Shown here one piece after another: positions 13,387 to 24,067 of a DNA stretch of 64,000 nt (position 1 is the stretch's first letter; each line of letters opens with the position of its first letter). The translations under genes were made by a program, and so were the position numbers. The notes beneath the pieces are model-generated. The model was not told the DNA's origin. It worked only from the letters and a program-made list of their open reading frames with translations, and did not search any database. The DNA is taken from positions 1,302,001 to 1,366,000 of the forward strand of contig OU015567.1 of assembly GCA_907165135.1 (NCBI GenBank), read 5' to 3'. Source of the DNA: Oikopleura dioica (lineage: Eukaryota; Animalia; Chordata).

Positions 13387-14010
13387 TAAGGAACTCTATC
13401 AGGAAAGGATTAATGGTTTGTGATGGTTGTGTGGTTGTTTTTTGATTCTAAAAATGAAAATAAAAAGTCGTTAGATCGCCGAGCTCAAAAAGTCTGCTCA
13501 AGTCAGAGATCAAGTTCATGCAAGTGCTCGATATTGGGTTGTCTTTAAATAAATATTGATATTTCGAACAAGTTTTATTTTTATTAGCAAGCGCCACAAT
13601 GCTTAAGCAAGGTTTTTAACCTTTATTTGAACGTATAAAGATCAGGATGAACGGACGCCTGGCATAAAATCCTTCCATATTGCATGAGAATTATAGAAAG
13701 CCCACGTTTTTAAGAGCGACGTCCGCTAAGTTAATGATGAATGACATTTTAAAGATGAAATAAGGTCTTTTTAAAAAAACTTAAAAAACTCTCAATTTTA
13801 CTAATTTTAAATTTATTTTTTCTCTTGATTATCCAAAAAGATAATTTCAAAGATTTTGTTAACAATGAAATAAGCTGGATTTTACTCATAAACAAGTTAA
13901 TTATTACAAAAAAAAGCATTGCAAGAAAACATAAACCTCCAACACGGCATTGGAGGTTTTAAACGCGCACTGGTCAAGAATATAAACAAAAGCAAATTGA
14001 CAAAGAATTA

Positions 14011-14171
14011 CAGTGGTGTGTGGAGTTGCTGCACTCTTAGCGAGTGCTGCGTTGCTGCACCCCTGACCCGCTTTTTTTCTATTGTTTTCTTCTAGAAGTA
14101 GCAAAAGTGAGTGCTGCGTTACTGCACCTTTTACCCGCTGTCTAGGAGTGCAGCAACTCCACACACCACCG
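14011..14171. mobile_element. Related ~160-bp Tc1/mariner MITE in opposite orientation
   Basis: TIR C(A/G)GTGGTGTGTGGAGTTGCTGCACTC, TA TSD; interior resembles the reverse complement of the 13226 copy. Confidence 0.8.
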
Positions 14172-15138
14172 TAATTAAAAGGAGTTTTAATCGACATTTT
14201 TTTCAGTATTTAACGTTTCTAAGTTCAATGTTTGAACTTTGAGGCAGGGAGTTCCAGCTCCCCGCAAGCATGTTTATCATTGCTTTTTGTATCAACATCG
14301 AGGTCGTTGTCAAAGCCGGATTTTCTAAAGGAAGCTAATTAAGTGATAACAAGAACCCTCACGATTTCTAAACAGTTCGGGGACGCGAGTTTATTGCTTA
14401 CTTAGAATATTCAGAATTTTATGCCATTGACAGCCTGAAAATAATTGGTGATGAAATCACATATTTTCGCATTTCCGTAAAAAAGAAATATACAGATATA
14501 ATATTCGTCAGGAGGCCAGCTCCGTTATATAAAAACGACTTGTTTTCCGTGAAAAAGGTTTTTTTTAGCATGAGCCCTTCTGAAGAGTCTCTTCATAAAA
14601 ATCAAGATAACCAAGCCATTAACTTGCCATCAGCTTGCCTTGATAATTCCTTTGGCAAGACAAGGCATTTGCCTTGGCAATTACTTGCCTTCCCGAATAT
14701 AAAAAAATCAAGAAAAAATTTTGATTTTTTCATTTGAGCAAAATTGAGCCTGAGAAAACCTAGACTATCATTTTAAAAGGTCGAAAATGATCGTTTCGAG
14801 TCGAAAAAAAAGCAAGATCATAAATCCTTAAATAAAAGAATAAAAAATTAAAAAATTTAAATAAAAACCATAATAAAAGGAAAAGGTTGAATAATTTCAA
14901 TTTTCCGCTCGAATGGGTGTGGATATGGTTGAGGACATCTTTGAGATTGATCACCTCAGAGTCAAACGTCGATCTCAAGCTCCTTAAATTCATAAATCAA
15001 GGAACGGGGCTTAGACGGCCATTTTTATTCATTTTTAAAGATTATTCATTATTTTTCAAACAAAGCCGATTTTCGGCCAAAACGGAAATTTTCAAATCAG
15101 CCGCGTTTCCGTTGCCGGGCGTTACCGGACGAGATTAG

Positions 15139-15603
15139 AATGGATCTATAGAGACCATAGTCTCAGCTTTTTTTTGGTGGTCTTGGTTTGGTTGTTGGTC
15201 GTCGTTCGAGTTATTCGGGAAATGTCCCAAATCCGTGATATCATTCCGAAGAAATCGCGAGTTTACCACAAAAAATCAGAAATTTTTAGTTTAACTATTT
15301 TTTATAAAATCTTCTCCAATTAACGTTTATGGTCTCGCGGTTCGAGCGTTTTTTATAAACAAGCCGTTTTCAGCCGAAATCCAACCAGCGCAACCTAAGA
15401 CATGATTGAAGAGTTAACTATTGCCTCAATCACAAAGGATGCACAATCGGCGCAACCAACTGTAAGTTCTCTTTTTTGTTTGTGGAGAAGTAAAGATCTA
15501 TTAAGAATTAAACGGGCTTTTCAATCGTGTAGTAAAATATTCTAGAGTCAAGAAATGCACCGAAAGTGAAAAATGACGGCCAAATTAGAGACAACCCGAA
15601 ATA
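15139..15603 (+). CDS. Possible small single-pass membrane protein, exons only partly resolved
   Basis: Frame SFFLVVLVWLLVVVRVIREMSQIR; exon MIEELTIASITKDAQSAQPT followed by a gtaagt donor; 5' end unresolved. Confidence 0.3.
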
Positions 15604-17383
15604 AAAGTTAAGAATGGAATTTTAGAGCATTTTTTTCGTTCGATTTTCTCAAAAATGACCAAAAATTTGACAAAAACTTTTAAAAGAATGTCCCATCTAA
15701 ATCGCTCAAAATTTTATCAAAGAACCATCGATCGTCCTTTATTTCACTCCACATTTCGAAGACAAGAAATAATCTATTGAGAACATTAACAACCTTCTTA
15801 AGAATCATTATTAACAATTAAGAAGAATTTTTTGAAATTGAATTTTAACTTATGAAAATTCATTAATTGAAAATTATTGCGCAAAGGAAATCATAAAATT
15901 TTTAAAATGAATTTGTTAAAAGTGTCGCAAAAATAAAACCTGAAAATTGGAAATTATATTTACAAATTTAATAATAATTTTTTTTTAATTCAAAGAAATC
16001 GAAAGAATATTTTCGACCGCAGACCACAGATCATCAGACAGCAATTGACTTAAAATTTGGCAGTGTTGGTTAGACGAATATTTTTCTGAGACTCTTTTAG
16101 GTAACTTAATTTTGTGGATACTTTGACCATCTTAAGAGTTTTTGTTCTACACTTTTGCAAGGATAAATTAACAATTTTCGTGACATTTTCTTTGTCAGAA
16201 AATAATAGAAGAAGTAAAAGGGTTTTTTTTTAAATATCAGAATATTTTTTGAAAAGATCTCAAAGTTAAAACAATTTAATTGACCAAGAATGGCAATTTA
16301 TGTGGACATTTTAATGAAATTTGGGACAAAAATTTCCACAAATTGGAGAATTACTTTTACTTGCTTGATATGCATGCTGAGAGGTAGAAAAAAAAATATT
16401 TATTATAAACGTTTATTTTCCACAAAAATTTGTGAAAAACCGAGATTTCTCTGTTGAAACTTTAATAAATTCTTTTCGGAAAGAAGCCTCTTTCAGAAAC
16501 GCGTTCTCGCAACCCTAGTCTTCAATTTTCTACTTCAGTGCTTTACCAGTTTCCGAGCACAAAGTATATTAAGACCGTCTATGCAAAAAGAAAGGCCGGA
16601 TTCGAACCTCGAGCCAGGTTGTAGCATCCTTAATGCGACGCACTCGGAAACGGGTAGACTGATGCGAAAACTTCTTACACAGCTGATAACGTTATTAATA
16701 ATCTTGTAGACTTCTTATAATTTACTTTTCCCGAAATAAATAAAAAACAAGCAGCAATTTTTGTCAATATAAATTACACAAGGAAATACCGCGGTTGGCA
16801 TTTCTGACTGACTGATTTTTCAGTCAGTCAAATTCACGTTACAAATCTCCATGCTGTGGACATAGCAAATTTGTAACGTGCGCTTATTGGTCGACTGGTT
16901 TGACGGGGTTCCCACGGAGGGGTCCTCCAGCCTTGATATCTAGCCTTTACGAATAGGATACTTTTTGGGCAGTTTTTTGTCATGTGACATTCTATTTTAA
17001 AAATTTTTCAATCACGTGATCTCTCGGAGGACCCCTGGAGGACTTTTTCTACTGGAAGACATCATTTACTGGAAGACCGATGATTAAAATCATCCCTTAA
17101 ATTAATATTCATATTCGGTCTCTTCGATCACGTGGTCTCTCGGAGGACCTTCGGAGGACTTTTTCTACTGGAAGACCAATTTTACTGGAAGACCAATTAA
17201 AAAAATAAAATAATCGGGAAAATTGAAGGAATCTGATGAGCATATCAAGATGACAGTGATGATGGATTTTCTTATTTTTTTCATCCACCATTCCAACCGT
17301 CAATATCCACCGCCCACAGACAGCGGTGTGGTCAACCGATATGATCGACCAGATGTACAGAAATACTCTATGATAATCAGCTC

Positions 17384-17861
17384 TCATCGACTGAAAGCTC
17401 TGTGGTAATTATCATAGAGGAAGAGGCAGTTGAAGACCAATGGAGTTCCTAAATACATTTTATTTCATTTTTCAGTAAAAAAAAACATACCGAGAAGACT
17501 GACTTGTCTCGCATCAACAGAGACTAGCATCTCTTCCATCCTTCTTATTTTCTTGACCTTCGAACTTATCTTCGTGGTTGTTTCTTTGGTTTCTGAGCTG
17601 GAGAACGCGGAATCGACGAGGTGGCCGTTCCTAAAATTGAAAAAGTTATTTTTGGGAAGAAATGTCGAAATCATACCTGCCAGGACTTATCTCTCCGCCA
17701 TTATGCAGCCACAACCACAGCCCGCATACGCTTCTGATATGAGCCTCGCGCGTAGATCTCCAGCAGCAGAAAAGGGATACAGATAAAGAGAAACAGATGT
17801 TTGGGCAGTAGAAGAGCTGAAAAAGACGATCTGTCACAAGCATACTAGGAAGAGAAATCAT
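17384..17861 (-). CDS. Second, three-exon ORF (~129 aa) inside the transposon
   Basis: Canonical GTATG...TTTAG introns at 17631-17676 (46 nt) and 17449-17490 (42 nt) join three exons in one frame; Cys-rich hydrophobic N-terminus. Confidence 0.5.
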
Positions 17862-17870
17862 TGGGTTAGC

Positions 17871-18245
17871 AGGGCCAAACTCTCGATCTTGTTGCCATGT
17901 GTTTCTTAAATCATAATTATGTAAAATGACAGCAGATTGGCCCGAAACCGGGCAGCTCTCAGTGGCATCAGGCGGGACGAAGCTTCACAATTAAGTTATC
18001 AATTTTCGTACCGAAGCGCAGAAGTATGAAAAGCAAAAAGGGCCGCGAGTGAGATCCATGAGAACCATCGATCTACCCCTTTTTGCTTCAACAGACGACC
18101 TTGCTTTTTTTCAAATTGATAACTTAACTGCGACGCCAAGTACCGCTTAGTCCCATCGAGAGCCGCTCCGTTCTGGGCAAACCGGCTCTCATCTTACTTA
18201 TTATGATAAAAGAAACACATCGGAACAAGAGCAAGAGTTAGGCCC
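17871..18245. other. Long imperfect inverted repeat (foldback), ~135-bp arms, ~105-bp loop
   Basis: 17871-18005 aligns with the reverse complement of 18113-18245 (e.g. atgtgtttctt..atcataa, gc(a/g)gctctc, ttaagttatcaattt). Confidence 0.8.
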
Positions 18246-18563
18246 GGCCAATTCAATAATTTCTCCACCAAAAGATGCGAGACATAATTTCAAATTTGAA
18301 CTTATGGAATTTGGAAGTGGGACAAATAAGTGACGAAATAATAAATGGGCAGTGAAATTTAAATGATAAATAATTTAAAAAGACAATTTTGTAATGAAAT
18401 TATAAATGGGCAGTGAAATTTTTATTATACAGAAATAAAAATAAATTTTCAGAAATAAATTAATTCAAGTAATTGACAAATAACTGAATAGTCGAAATCT
18501 TCTTTTTCTTCTTTGAGGAATAAGGGAAAATGCTTTGAGAAAAAGAGCCAGAGGGAGGTTGAC

Positions 18564-20594
18564 TCAGGCTTGAGGATTCCGAACCGACAAAGAGCCACGG
18601 TTCGCCTTGTAGCCTTCTGTTGTTCCACCCTCTAAATGAACCACCTGTTTAGCCTTGTCAAGAAGTTTTTGACACATGTTATTGATTTTGGACTGGTCAA
18701 TCTGACTCCACACGAGATTTATGACTTCTCGCGCGTGCTCTAACGAGTCAAAATACAACTTCTTATTTCTCCCAAGCTCTTCACGAACTTTTGATTTCAA
18801 ATGTGCCCAAAGGCTGAAATCGAGGGGATTAAGGTCGGGGCTATGGGGTGGCCACTCATGCATTCTCTTCTCCCGATGTGCCTGTCCCTGTATTTCTCCG
18901 CACGCGACGCCGGTGATGCACCGATCTAACGAGAAATGGGCATCGAGGAACTCCAGACTACTTGCGGAAGTATGCGAGCGAGCTCCGTCTTGTACGTAGA
19001 CGCGACCGACGAGCTCGCTGGTTCCATCCTCACGGATATGTATGTGTCCATGGGCCGCGAGGTCCTCGTACCAAGGCTCGAGACAGATCTTCTGGTACCC
19101 AAGACTATTCTCTTTAATAGACTTGAGTTTCCCATTTGCTTGCTCCTCAACAAAAACGCGTAATGAAAGCTTTATATTGTGTCCGATACAACAAGCGATC
19201 ATTATTTTTGCGTTAAACTTTTTGCTGAAGCTCAGCAAATGTTGAGGAGGAGCCTCGTTGTCTTTTACCCACCAGCCGAGATTTCGGCCAAATTTCTCTT
19301 CACGCATCGAAATTGAGCATTCATCCGTATGCAACAACTGTTGCAGGAAATCGGGTGTTCTCTCTACCTCTTCCAGCAGCCATTTGCAGAAGGCCAGCCG
19401 CTTCTGCTTCGCTTCTTTCGAGAGTTCGGGCTTGGCTTTTCCAAAACGCTCAAATGAGTAGCCATCTTTCGCAAGAAGCCTGAATACTCGCGAATAGTTG
19501 CTCCAGCCTGGCATTCCGAGTTCGGCTAGTGCTTTCCTCAGATTATTACTCTGAGCGTAATGGGTTGGAGCCTGTTCGCGCATTTTGTCAACAACAAGCT
19601 GAACTTGCTGTTTCTCCTCATCGGTAAGAGGCTTATCATCTGGAATAGGTTCTTTTGGTCGAATAAAATTTGAAATAGCAAAAGGATTTTTTCTTATCCA
19701 TTGCTTTTCCTGATTTTTGTCAAGGGAAAATGCTTTATAGCCGTTGTTCATTGCATCGACCAAGAGAGTGTACCTTTCGATGAATAAGCCTAATATAGCC
19801 GCGTTGAACTTTTTCTCGAATGTCACCGGTCCCAGAACAAAGTACTGGCTGAGATTTGTGCATAAGATTTGGAGATAGATGTACCCAAGATCACTGGATG
19901 CAAACTGTTTCCATGTTCGTGGAGATCTGATTACTGGAAGCTCCTCGATTCGATCGACATTGATCAGCTTCACCTTATCCCGTACTGATTTTGTAATGTG
20001 TATAGGGAATCGGAAATTGAAGCTTTCCATGATTAAATCGAGGAGCCCTGCGAATTCTTCATCGTGGAGAAGATTCTCGTGGCCTACTACTACCGTTCCT
20101 CGCGGAATGAGTGGCCGATCGAGCTGATCGATCGCTTCATTCTGAGTGGCTTGTGGTTGTGATTGTAAGGCACTTTTTGCAAGCCGAACCATGCTATCTG
20201 GAGGTGTCTGTGGCGAGAGGCCGGGAACTAATTCAAGATCATAATGATCTTGATTCAGTTGGATTGTTGAGGTGGCTGGTATGGGGGTCGAGGTTGGGAC
20301 TTTTGCTGGAGCAGTGCTCGTCTTCTGCTTTTTAGGGGGAGAATGATCTTCGTCATAGCATGTCTCCTGTGAGTGCTTTTCGACAGCTTTCCCATTAGGG
20401 AAATCTTTTGAAAAAGATTTCTGAATGAATCGGGTTTGTTTGGCCTTAGGGGAAAAAATACTGTATGTTATTTTATAACCCATGTCCTGCTGTAGGTCGA
20501 TAATCTTCTTGAATGCTGTCTCTGCTTCTTTTAAGAGTTGAGCGATCATTCGGTGCTTTTGGACTCGGTTGAAAGAACTGCACATTCGTGACAT
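18564..20594 (-). CDS. 676-aa DDD transposase with a long N-terminal extension
   Basis: HTH region (..RVFRLLAKDGY..KPELSKEAKQKRLAFCKW), LHTDE, YVQDGARSH, WPPHSPDLNPLDFSLW. Confidence 0.95.
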   Translation of the reverse strand: MSRMCSSFNRVQKHRMIAQLLKEAETAFKKIIDLQQDMGYKITYSIFSPKAKQTRFIQKSFSKDFPNGKAVEKHSQETCYDEDHSPPKKQKTSTAPAKVPTSTPIPATSTIQLNQDHYDLELVPGLSPQTPPDSMVRLAKSALQSQPQATQNEAIDQLDRPLIPRGTVVVGHENLLHDEEFAGLLDLIMESFNFRFPIHITKSVRDKVKLINVDRIEELPVIRSPRTWKQFASSDLGYIYLQILCTNLSQYFVLGPVTFEKKFNAAILGLFIERYTLLVDAMNNGYKAFSLDKNQEKQWIRKNPFAISNFIRPKEPIPDDKPLTDEEKQQVQLVVDKMREQAPTHYAQSNNLRKALAELGMPGWSNYSRVFRLLAKDGYSFERFGKAKPELSKEAKQKRLAFCKWLLEEVERTPDFLQQLLHTDECSISMREEKFGRNLGWWVKDNEAPPQHLLSFSKKFNAKIMIACCIGHNIKLSLRVFVEEQANGKLKSIKENSLGYQKICLEPWYEDLAAHGHIHIREDGTSELVGRVYVQDGARSHTSASSLEFLDAHFSLDRCITGVACGEIQGQAHREKRMHEWPPHSPDLNPLDFSLWAHLKSKVREELGRNKKLYFDSLEHAREVINLVWSQIDQSKINNMCQKLLDKAKQVVHLEGGTTEGYKANRGSLSVRNPQA

Positions 20595-23027
20595 TGTACC
20601 TCGACTTCTCTCTATTCGTCTTTATGTGGATTATATAAATTTATTACTATAACTCATTTTTAGGCCCCGTGAGCTACCCAAAAATCGAAAAAAAAATTAA
20701 AATTTTTATCAAAGTTCTTCCAGTAAAATATGTTCTTCCACCAGAAAAAGTCCTCCAGGGGTCCTCCGAGGGTCACATGACATAATGAAAACCGAAAACC
20801 TCCCCCTTAAATTTTTATCATCGGTCTTCCAGTTTTGGTTCTTCTTCCACCTAAAGAGTCCTCCGGTTGGGTCCTCCATGAAGTCACGTGGAAAATAAAA
20901 TTTTAAAAATTATTCTAATATAACCTAACTATTGTTATTTCTAATGATAATAATAATAATAAAATAAAATAAGGGTGTCACTTTGCTAACTTATCTAATC
21001 CGCTCCTGAATTTCTCTGAAAAGTGAAATTTCAGGGCGGACTTAGGTAGACGTGCTCAAAAATCTAGAAGAGAAGTTAACTTTTGTAAGTTAACTTTCGA
21101 AAGTTAACTTTCGAGAACATAAGAATTGGTTTTTCTAGACATTCTCGCTCTTCCTGGTTGCGCGATTCTTCCACCAGGAGGAGGTCCTCCACTAGAGAGG
21201 TGTTATATAATTTTTACTGGCAAAAGCAAATCAGTCAGTCAGATATGCCAATCGCGGTAAATAACTTGCTTTCGTTTAAAATTTTCATTTTTAATCACAC
21301 GTTTATTGATTGAATGATTCCCTTGTTAATCCAAAAAAATGTCTGTAGAATTGATAGCTGTTATTTTAATTTATTGTGTTATTTTTCAATCAGACAAATC
21401 TTTATCACAGGAACTCTTGATTCTTCTGGGTAAGAAATTATCGTCAACGCTTTTAATTCTCTTTGAAAGATAAATAATTCTTTGTAAAATGCAAGATAGC
21501 AACAAAACTTGATGATTCTGAAGAAAAATGCAAAGCAAGGCTCGTTTGCACCGAGCACAAACCTTGCTTGCGAGCGCCCGCTCATTATCCATCATGCGGA
21601 TAATTTTTATTTTCTTTCTATAAAATACTCAGATTCGAGTAAAGAATCAAAAAAGAAAACAAAAAAAAAACGCTGTTTAAATTCTGCAAGCACAAAGAGC
21701 ATCATGAAAGTAAGTACATATCGCTTCTTTTTTTATTGGTATCTTTATGTTTCTTTTTTGAAGGTTTTTCAATCATCAAAATTTTTATAATTATTGTTAT
21801 TTATTTTTTTGACTTTTCTTCTAAAAAAATCAAAGAAATTGACAGGTTTCTTAAAAAATGGGCCAATCTCCATTCAAAAAACTCTTTCTTACTATCTATA
21901 ATTTCCCAAAATTTTGCCACGAATATCTCTGAATTTTTCAATGATTACTGAGTTTTAATGGGAAAATTCGATAGATCTGTCGTAAATTATAAATAAAAGA
22001 GGGGTTTTTATAAATTTCTCAACCGTAGAGCGGCTTAATTTTTGCTAAAAGCGCCCATTTTCGCGAAGTTTTCATGAATAACCAGTCTTATAATTCGAGA
22101 AAAAAATTTTTTACTTTCTCTTATTTAATTTATTTATTATATTTCTCTAATATCATGCAATAATTGAGACTAAGCAAATTTTTTTGGAAATTAAATTTTG
22201 AAGAAATGAATCATGAAACGATATATTTATATCAAGTTTATTTCAAAACGATTTATTTTTTTAAATTAATTTTCGAAATGGGACAAAATGGATTTTTAAA
22301 TTTTTCGCTATCCATAACTGGATGACCAATAAGGATGCCGAATAAAGCTCTTCGGCCAATCAAAGCCCTCATCGATTAAATCACTTTTGAAATAATTTCT
22401 TCCAAAATAACTCGTCTCCAAATAGCTTCATCCTCATTAATTGTGTCATAACTATCCTTTTACACTTATCGTTTCTCTACTTAGTTTTTCAAATTCGAAT
22501 TTACCAAAAATTAATTTTAGCCGAAAATATAGGTTTTTGGCAAGCGTTGGCGCCGACACTCGACCAAATCGACATTGTCGGGTATCGGTCGGGCTTTGCT
22601 CGGGTCGATTGTCGGAAACCTACGCTTTTCTCTCGTTCGAAAATGACTGTCACTCAAATTCTGCCTTCTGAATCAGCGGATCTAGCCGATTTGATTTGTT
22701 ACCAGTCTATTTAAGGACCCCTCCATTTAGTTGGAAACACTTTTACAAACAGTGATTTTAAACTGATCCCCTTAAGATTTCCGAAAAATTTTCGGCTCTT
22801 TGTATAGCTTGATAGTTGGTCTAGGGCATCAAAAGTAAGAACACGCTCGTGCATTTCTTAAGGGTATCGCAACAATACGTTTAAGTTTCAAAAAATGATT
22901 ATTGATTTCTAACGTTAAATTATGAGAACTACAAAATAAATCAAATATTCCATAATGAAAAATAAATTATGTTTATTTATAAGTAGAACCATGCTTTTCA
23001 GTTTTGAAACTACCATCAATATGTTAC

Positions 23028-23696
23028 TTAAGGACCCCCCCCCCATCAAGAATCGTGAAAAAAGGTCTCTTTAGTGAACGATTTTCTCGAAAACTATCTT
23101 AGGTAATCCCTTTATTTCAATTGCAAGCTTTAGATCGAACCCACGCCTGCAACCGTTTTCCTTATGGTGATATCTCGATATCAAACTTAAGGTTATACAG
23201 GCCCTTAAGGTTAGGTTGCTTAGTGAAGGTTTTTTTCGGCTTTTTAATTGGGGTATACTCTTAATTTTTTTCAGGATAAAATTAAGGCCCCAAGCTACGA
23301 CCGTTCCCTTTTTGAGAGTTTTTGGCCAGCGAACTTAAGGAGGAAAGCCTCTTTAAAATTAAGTCAGTCGAATCTTAGGCGAATTTCAAGACTTAAATTT
23401 TCAGTTTTTAATCCCTAAATTGCTTCGAATTATGTTTTTGTACTCGTTTTTATGATAAAAATAGTTTTTATGATGAGTATGCCCTTAATAATCACTAAAA
23501 AATTGCCAGGTCAAGATTCTTATGAAAATTTAAACGCAAATTTTCAATTTTCGGGGTAGATTACTGACACAATTTTCTAAAAGAGCAGAAAATTTTTCTG
23601 AATAAAAGTTCTTCCTCGTCGTCTTAACTACCCAAAAAAGCTAAAAAATTTTTAAAAAATTTTGACTTTTTTTATCTTGATGGGAGGGATCTTTAA
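23028..23696. mobile_element. TTAA MITE, probably with further nested fragments
   Basis: ttaaggacccccccccatcaaga ... tcttgatgggagggatctttaa. Confidence 0.6.
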
Positions 23697-24067
23697 AATC
23701 AAGTTTGAAAGGTGTAAGAGTGGAGAAAGGGCGACGGAATAATAGTTATTTCTCTTTGTTTAACTTATAACTAGGGATTCTATCGGAAAATCAAAGTTTA
23801 ATATTTTTCCTTGAAATTTTGGGTTTTAGACCAGTTTTTGGCGCTCATTGCGAATTCGCCAATTAAAAAATGATTGGAGCGGCGCTTGGTGGTGTTGGCG
23901 TGGAGCGCGCGCGCCTTAGGTGCGCTTGGAGTAAATCATAAAAATCAATGCTTTTCTCAGAAATTTCATATCTGTGGGTAATTTAACATGGAGATTAATA
24001 ATTTATTATTCATTTTATCTGTTTGACCAGTTTTTGGCAGTGAATAATGGAAAGCTGTAATGAACAT

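Larger units (their letters stand above)
16789..21257 (-). mobile_element. Full-length autonomous-type Tc1/mariner (IS630-Tc1-mariner) transposon, 4.47 kb
   Basis: 30-bp TIR CCGCG(G/A)TTGGCAT(T/A)TCTGACTGACTGATTT with 2 mismatches, TA TSD on both sides, uninterrupted transposase. Confidence 0.93.

Noticed and set aside
16585-16660. tRNA gene (B-box GGTTCGAATCC, minus strand)
   Set aside because: No A-box or cloverleaf; at most a SINE remnant
17797-17814. 18-nt identity aacagatgtttgggcagt with the kinase exon (~2465)
   Set aside because: No flanking similarity; a single match of this length is plausible by chance in 64 kb
18860-18930. Cryptic intron explaining DD55D
   Set aside because: GC-rich, no good donor or pyrimidine tract, and the visible GT..AG is not a multiple of 3; RNA check still advised
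18721-20335. Plus-strand ORFs within the transposase, and similar antisense ORFs over CUB, PqaA, IDO and SLC45
   Set aside because: Shadow ORFs of real coding sequence
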